Virus record (IMG/VR): IMGVR_UViG_3300037504_000149
DNA: 64,000 nucleotides
From: a virus
Lineage: Duplodnaviria > Caudoviricetes
Strand: one strand, 5' to 3'
Shown here: one piece after another, positions 58,811 through 64,000 of the stretch
Position numbering within the stretch: position 1 is the stretch's first letter
How the letters are laid out: each line of letters starts with the position of its first letter
Translations under genes and position numbers: made by a program
The notes under the pieces: generated by a model
What the model was told of the DNA's origin: nothing
Databases searched by the model: none
Seen by the model: only the letters and a program-made list of their open reading frames with translations

Positions 58811-59251
58811 ATGGAAACAAGGAACTTCGATTTTATCATTCGTGAAGCTGATGGTATGGGTCGCGGTACACCTAAAGCTATGGTACGTATCGTAGCTGTA
58901 AAGCCTTTTGATGAAACGTCTACCTACATAGAAGTCGATCGTGCTACTGCAATATGCCACCCTAAAGACAATCCTTCTAAAGCTATGTTTAGGAAGATTG
59001 TTAGTGGCAGACTTCAGGCTCTTAAGACTACAAAAAGTATACTAGCTAAAGCTGCTTCCTTTCCTGATAAAGAGGTAATTAAAGCTAAACGACGCTACAA
59101 TTCCTTGAGGGATAAGAAGTGTACCATAGAAACAGATAAGGAATTGGTATTGCCAAGGATACCTTCTAAGTTAAAGTTGGAAGAGCCTTTAGTAGCTAAA
59201 GAAGATTCAGATGATTTAGTCTATCATTTCTACCTTTGTAAGTCGTGGTAG
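58811..59251 (+). CDS. Hypothetical protein
   Basis: AICHPKDN.SK...RKI..GR phage-type motif; RBS. Confidence 0.6.
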   Translation: METRNFDFIIREADGMGRGTPKAMVRIVAVKPFDETSTYIEVDRATAICHPKDNPSKAMFRKIVSGRLQALKTTKSILAKAASFPDKEVIKAKRRYNSLRDKKCTIETDKELVLPRIPSKLKLEEPLVAKEDSDDLVYHFYLCKSW

Positions 59252-59266
59252 TGATTACAGTAACAC

Positions 59267-59343
59267 GGGGGAGTAGTGCAGTCTGGTAGTACACCTGCTT
59301 TGGGAGCAGGGAGTCGCGGGTTCAAATCCCGCCTTCCCCACCA
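59267..59343 (+). tRNA. tRNA-Pro(TGG) copy 1
   Basis: Cloverleaf, CCA. Confidence 0.9.
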
Positions 59344-59489
59344 TTTACAATGTTTTAGTAAGGTCTGGACCACCGGGGCTGCCGTACACATTAATCTACC
59401 ACAGGGTATTCAGTCCCAGTTAGTTACGGCGGAGTCTGGCTCCTCCAGCTAAGTAGTCGAAGGCGGTGGATAAGACTACTGTTTTACTT

Positions 59490-59566
59490 AGGGTAGTAGC
59501 GCAATCTGGTAGTGCACCTGCTTTGGGAGCAGGGGGTTGTGGGTTCGAATCCCACCTACCCTACCA
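59490..59566 (+). tRNA. tRNA-Pro(TGG) copy 2
   Basis: Cloverleaf, CCA. Confidence 0.9.
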
Positions 59567-59954
59567 TAATTAATTAGGAGATACAATGTGTGACAAAAAG
59601 ATTCCATTGTACAATAACATTCCTCCAACTCCTGAAGACTTAAAAAAGTCGATCATTAAATATTATGGAGCACTGCTCGCATTTGAAGGTAAAAACCCTT
59701 CAATGAGTGACGAAGATGTACTCTACTGGAGTAATTGGGGAGATTATCGTCAGTCCGAGATTTGGTCGCACGTCTTTGTAGTAGCTCAAGAACAGCAGTG
59801 GCCAGTTGAGATAAACTTTTCTACAGAAACGGGAGAAGGATTGTATGCAGTAAGTCTCTCCGATACAGAATGGTGGTTGAATGCTTTCCCTACTGAAGAG
59901 GAAGCAGTAAAGTTTTGTAAGCAGCATAATTTAAATCTAAGAGATATGTAACGT

Positions 59955-60031
59955 GGGGTAGTAGGCAAATTGGTCAAGCCGCCTGCCTGTCACGCAGGAA
60001 ATTGCGGGTTCAAGTCCCGTCTACCCCGCCA
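59955..60031 (+). tRNA. tRNA-Asp(GTC)
   Basis: Cloverleaf, CCA. Confidence 0.9.
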
Positions 60032-60168
60032 TAACTGATTTTAACCTTACTAATTTTTTAAGAGGTTTATAATACCTTTGTATTACCCTGTGGTAGCAAT
60101 ATCAGAATACTGGTAACAGCGCATCACCTGTCCCATCCTAATATTCCTATATCTCAAAAGGAGATCTT

Positions 60169-60492
60169 ATGTCATTATCAGAAAAGGAAATTCGCACTAG
60201 ATTATACAGTTCAGAACTTAAGATAGCACAATTACATTATATGATAAGTGTTTTGGTACAAAAGTTAGAACGGGAGAATGTGGTAGAAAAGGATTACCTG
60301 AGTAAACTTCTAAATTCCAAGGAGGCGGCAGCGGATACTTTGTCTAAGAGGAATCAAACTGCTTTAGAGCATTGGCGTAAGTATGCGCTAACAGAGGAAG
60401 TCACTCCTATGACTTCGGAGATTCCAGAGGAAGATACTCCTACGACTTCGGAGATTACAGAGGAAGATACTCCTACGACTTCGGATAGTTAA
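60169..60492 (+). CDS. Hypothetical protein with C-terminal 11-aa tandem repeat
   Basis: EEDTPTTSEI x ~3 (33-bp units). Confidence 0.6.
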   Translation: MSLSEKEIRTRLYSSELKIAQLHYMISVLVQKLERENVVEKDYLSKLLNSKEAAADTLSKRNQTALEHWRKYALTEEVTPMTSEIPEEDTPTTSEITEEDTPTTSDS

Positions 60493-60600
60493 GGTGACAG
60501 TAAATGGTAGATAGTATTGGTACATTGTTCTTCCGTATTTTACTGAAAGTATTATTATGGCCTTTCATCATTATAACTTTTGTAACAAGGAGAAAACACA

Positions 60601-61146
60601 ATGATAGCATACCGAATTAAGTTTGTATTAAATCCGGGACAACCCATACTCATTTGGGACGAGTTCCATAATGGTAAAGTGATAGTAGAAGCCCCTACAA
60701 CGAAGAATCGTAAAGTAGATACTACAACATATGAGAAAGGTAAACCTATCGAATCTACTTATACGGTTGAAGAAGCGTTGGATAGGGGAGAAAAAGAAAT
60801 ATTTTTAGAAGATTTAAACGCGACACATTTAATGAAACATGATGGTAAATTTCGTAGAATTGCAAATATTGAACGTTTAGGTTTCCCTCCTGGAATTACA
60901 AAAGAACAAGCAGCTAATCCAGACATAGAAGATAATGATTGCCTATTTGATGATTGTAGTGGTAAACTAATCTTATGTCCTGTACGAAAAGACTCAATAC
61001 CTGGAGTATCGTTATTGTACTGTCCTAGTTGTGATATGAGTTTTAGTATATGTGAGGATTGCAGAGAGATACTAGCTGATATAAACGTCATTATGATCAG
61101 GGGAAATGTATACTGCAAAGAGTGTGCACAAAAATATGCTAGATAA
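60601..61146 (+). CDS. Cys-rich (zinc finger) hypothetical protein
   Basis: CPSC, CEDC, CKEC. Confidence 0.6.
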   Translation: MIAYRIKFVLNPGQPILIWDEFHNGKVIVEAPTTKNRKVDTTTYEKGKPIESTYTVEEALDRGEKEIFLEDLNATHLMKHDGKFRRIANIERLGFPPGITKEQAANPDIEDNDCLFDDCSGKLILCPVRKDSIPGVSLLYCPSCDMSFSICEDCREILADINVIMIRGNVYCKECAQKYAR

Positions 61147-61202
61147 CACAACACTATCAAGTTTGGTTGTTACTTTAATTAGATTGTTAAGGTGATATAA
61201 CA

Positions 61203-61628
61203 TTGTTGAACTCAAGTAAACAATTTTGGTCATTTTATAGTTTACCAGACTATAAGTTGTGCTTGTTTATTAATAAAGACACAATAGTTAAAGGTCCACG
61301 TACTGGAGCTTCCACTGTTCGTGAAGCAGATTTGCAAAGAGTTTACCATACCTTAGATAAAAATATAGACAAACGAATAGGTACGCTTCTGTATGAAAAA
61401 GGTCTTATTGTGTTTCCTATTAGTAGTGATTTTTTAGCCTTCCCCGTGCGAGAACACTGGTGGAATCCAAAAAATCCTGCTATAATAAAGAAGTCATGCG
61501 AGCAGCTCGTCAAGTGGGCTAATTACCGGAACGAGTATAAATACGTGCTGCGTAATCCGGGAATAGGTGACGACGCTCTTAAGCCGTTAGAAGCTGTTGA
61601 TAACGTAGTAATTACTGAGCCATCGTAG
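61203..61628 (+). CDS. Degenerate macrodomain-like protein
   Basis: AFPVREHWW...IKKSCEQL...PGIG; start uncertain. Confidence 0.5.
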   Translation: MLNSSKQFWSFYSLPDYKLCLFINKDTIVKGPRTGASTVREADLQRVYHTLDKNIDKRIGTLLYEKGLIVFPISSDFLAFPVREHWWNPKNPAIIKKSCEQLVKWANYRNEYKYVLRNPGIGDDALKPLEAVDNVVITEPS

Positions 61629-61695
61629 CTCAATTTGGCAGAGCAGCCGCCTTGTAAGCGGCAGGTTGAGGGTTCGAGGCCCTCCGATGGCCCCA
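61619..61695 (+). tRNA. tRNA-Thr(TGT)
   Basis: Cloverleaf, CCA; overlaps the upstream stop codon. Confidence 0.9.
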
Positions 61696-61709
61696 TAATT
61701 TAATAGTTC

Positions 61710-61784
61710 GCGGGCGTCGTCCAATTGGTAGGATGGGAGGTTTCCACCCTCCTGATGCCGGTTCAAATCCGGTCGCCCGCTCCA
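61710..61784 (+). tRNA. tRNA-Gly(TCC)
   Basis: Cloverleaf, CCA. Confidence 0.9.
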
Positions 61785-62056
61785 ACTGTTTAGGATAGGA
61801 GTTTCAATGAATTCTGTGGCGTACTCGTACACCTCTCCGTATGATATTTTTGATGTCATAGAAGCTACTCCCTCCATACCACTTGTTAAATGGCCTGTAT
61901 GTCCACTGTGCGCTGCGTATGGGCAAAATGTACCTCAAACACCCTACTTACATCCAATTAAATTAACTACTTACTGGGAATGTGAACATCATGGTCATTG
62001 GAGATATGTAAAGAATGGCTGGAAAAGATTCTTCGATCCAGTAAACGGTCCGTGGG

Positions 62057-62413
62057 GTGCATAATATGGTAGATGAAATAATTAAATTAAAACCTACAAA
62101 TTGGTATATACTATTAGTGTTAAAGCATTTAGATACACAACGTGGCGAAGCTGTTAATATCATGAGTATAATATCTAAATCTGTTAAAATGTTTAAAGAA
62201 AAGTTTGAGGGATTCTGTTTTACCTCTATTAAAGATACATTAAATAATCTTAAAGCAGTAGGATTTGTTGTTTCTTCACCAATAGATAAAGAAAACTATG
62301 CCCCTGGACCTCACGTAAGGTGGCAGATAACAAAAGCTGGTAAAGAGCATATACGTAAGACAACTGATATCTTTGGCAGACCCAAGAAGAAGTATCTTGC
62401 TCAGGAGGACTAA
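62057..62413 (+). CDS. Winged-helix protein
   Basis: LNNLKAVGFV...WQITKAGK. Confidence 0.55.
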   Translation: MHNMVDEIIKLKPTNWYILLVLKHLDTQRGEAVNIMSIISKSVKMFKEKFEGFCFTSIKDTLNNLKAVGFVVSSPIDKENYAPGPHVRWQITKAGKEHIRKTTDIFGRPKKKYLAQED

Positions 62414-62679
62414 GGATGTCTCACCACGTAAACTTCAACTTAGACTCTTTAAGTTTTGAACGTAACATGAGTAATGACAGCTACTTAACTAACAGACAAG
62501 TGCAGGCTGGTAAACATACTATAGAGATCATTACATGTCCTGAAGGTTCCTATTTGTTTAAGCAGGACGATGGTGAGTGGGGTGCTGGTAAGGTGCTGTC
62601 TTCAAAACAGAAAACGCAGTTACTTAGTACTAGTGAAGATACATTTATTGACGAAGCAAATCAAATGTTAGGAGAATAA

Positions 62680-63075
62680 ATGTGGCGTTGGGCAAAAGAT
62701 AAGTGGACAAGCCAAGAACACACGTGGGATATTTTCGGTTATAGTCTGTTGAGTCACGATAAGATTGCTCACTTTCTAGGTGGCTGGCTACTATTCCCCC
62801 TATTAGCTATATATGTAAGTACACTGACAGCTATAGCTATATCCCTCGGTTTCTGGTGGTTGTGGGAAGTTAAAGACGCCTTAGTTCCTTACGAAAAAGT
62901 AGGTTGGTTAGGGGGCGATGGTTTTAGTTGGAAGGATGGTTTAGCCGCAACACTTGGTATAGGATTAAGTGTTCTACTTACTATTAGTTTAGGTTCGTTG
63001 GTTGGTTTAATCAGTGGACCAGTATTAGGCGTAACAGCTATGTTGATTAGACCCAAACACGAGATAGGAGAGTGA
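62680..63075 (+). CDS. Membrane protein (VanZ/DUF2279-like)
   Basis: DKIAHF...WEVKD...GFSWKD..A..LG. Confidence 0.6.
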   Translation: MWRWAKDKWTSQEHTWDIFGYSLLSHDKIAHFLGGWLLFPLLAIYVSTLTAIAISLGFWWLWEVKDALVPYEKVGWLGGDGFSWKDGLAATLGIGLSVLLTISLGSLVGLISGPVLGVTAMLIRPKHEIGE

Positions 63076-63593
63076 ATTATGTTAAGTACCAAAGATCACA
63101 ACAAAGATGAAGCCCTTTTTGGGGATGGAAAAGAAAACAACTTACTAACTATCCAGAACGTAAACTTGTGGAAGTTGAATTAACGGATGGTACACACGCT
63201 GATTGTAAGTTTACAGTAGTATATCCTTATCCAAATATACACTATAGCAATTTAGACAACGTGATAAGGTTACACATAGCCGAAGAAGGTTTTCGTGCAA
63301 GTGTAGATAAGTTGATGGAGGATATGGAAATGGATTACGAGTTAACCATAGAGCATGAGCACTGTGTTACAGAACCCACTAATGATTACTTACAAGTTAA
63401 TGGGTATCATGTTACACTAAAGGTTAAAAGTGATCCTGTAAAGTGTATGATTCAGAATCGTGATAAGAATCTTCGTGAAGCGTTTGTTAGTATAAAGCGC
63501 CTATTAAGTTAAGATGTAGTTGGCAACACTTGGTATAGATAGCTGTTACGCCTAAATTAAGCTACAGTATACTATGTAAACCTTAGTAAGGAA

Positions 63594-63667
63594 TGGGGAG
63601 TAGACTAGTGGCAGGTCAGGAGACTTTGAATCTTCAGGCGGTGGTTCGATCCCACCCTCCCCAGCCA
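63594..63667 (+). tRNA. tRNA-Gln(TTG)
   Basis: Cloverleaf, CCA. Confidence 0.88.
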
Positions 63668-63704
63668 ACATTCCAAGACATTAACGACCACACTATTTAA
63701 CTAG

Positions 63705-63778
63705 TGGGGAGTAGTGCAATGGCAGCACGCTTGGCTCTGGACCAAGTAATGTAGGTTCAAGTCCTACCTCCCCAGCCA
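63705..63778 (+). tRNA. tRNA-Gln(CTG)
   Basis: Cloverleaf, CCA. Confidence 0.9.
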
Positions 63779-64000
63779 AGTTGAAATAATTACGGAGAAA
63801 TTATGAGCATTGTAAAATATAAGCATCATGAACATGATGTGTACGTAAAGGAAGAATATAAAGGAAAACATAACGATATATGTTTATGTATAGATTGTAA
63901 GCATAGTAACTTCACAGATCACGAAAGTAGTTGTCCTCTAGCTGCTATGCTTTATGCGTTCTGTCGCGAACATGGTGGGACAGCTATACGTTCTGAATGT

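Noticed and set aside
47192-61877. ORFs or ORF extensions overlapping tRNAs (e.g. starts at 47192, 54752, 55124, 57017; minus-strand ORFs at 50472, 58694, 61587)
   Set aside because: The overlapping parts are tRNA genes; the true starts lie downstream.
1-64000. Stop-codon recoding (alternative genetic code)
   Set aside because: Recognisable enzymes are full-length under the standard code, TAA, TAG and TGA all end genes, and no suppressor tRNA is seen.

Overview
This window looks like part of a large (jumbo/huge) bacteriophage genome. It has dense, almost all + strand, mostly short hypothetical ORFs, many consensus sigma70 extended -10 promoters and 18 CCA-ending tRNA genes. Accessory enzymes include a Thg1-like protein, DHH and metallo-phosphoesterases, a DenV-like glycosylase, dCMP deaminase, an HD hydrolase, an ATP-dependent ligase, a DnaQ-like exonuclease, an HNH nuclease, an AAA+ ATPase, several DNA methyltransferases and a DarG-like macrodomain. 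The standout is a minimal type V-like CRISPR locus at about 11.3-14.0 kb. It has a 412-aa TnpB/Cas12f-sized RuvC nuclease with an intact D-E-D triad and no tnpA or cas1/cas2 in the window. The gene is followed by an apparent 'split omegaRNA' tracrRNA, whose hairpin loop and anti-repeat pair with the 3' half of the repeat, then an IHF-site leader and an array of 11 full 37-bp repeats plus one half repeat. Two spacers are reverse complements of each other and cover a Shine-Dalgarno plus ATG. Other notable structure: a ~520-nt ornate ncRNA candidate with its own promoter (6.8-7.3 kb); 12 mosaic paralogs with a hypervariable Ala/Trp segment in two tandem arrays, one carrying an in-frame micro-inversion; six copies of a hairpin, five of them directly ahead of an RBS and gene; and three insertions each bounded by RBS-containing direct repeats. 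All calls come from motif recognition by eye; no searches or folding programs were run.
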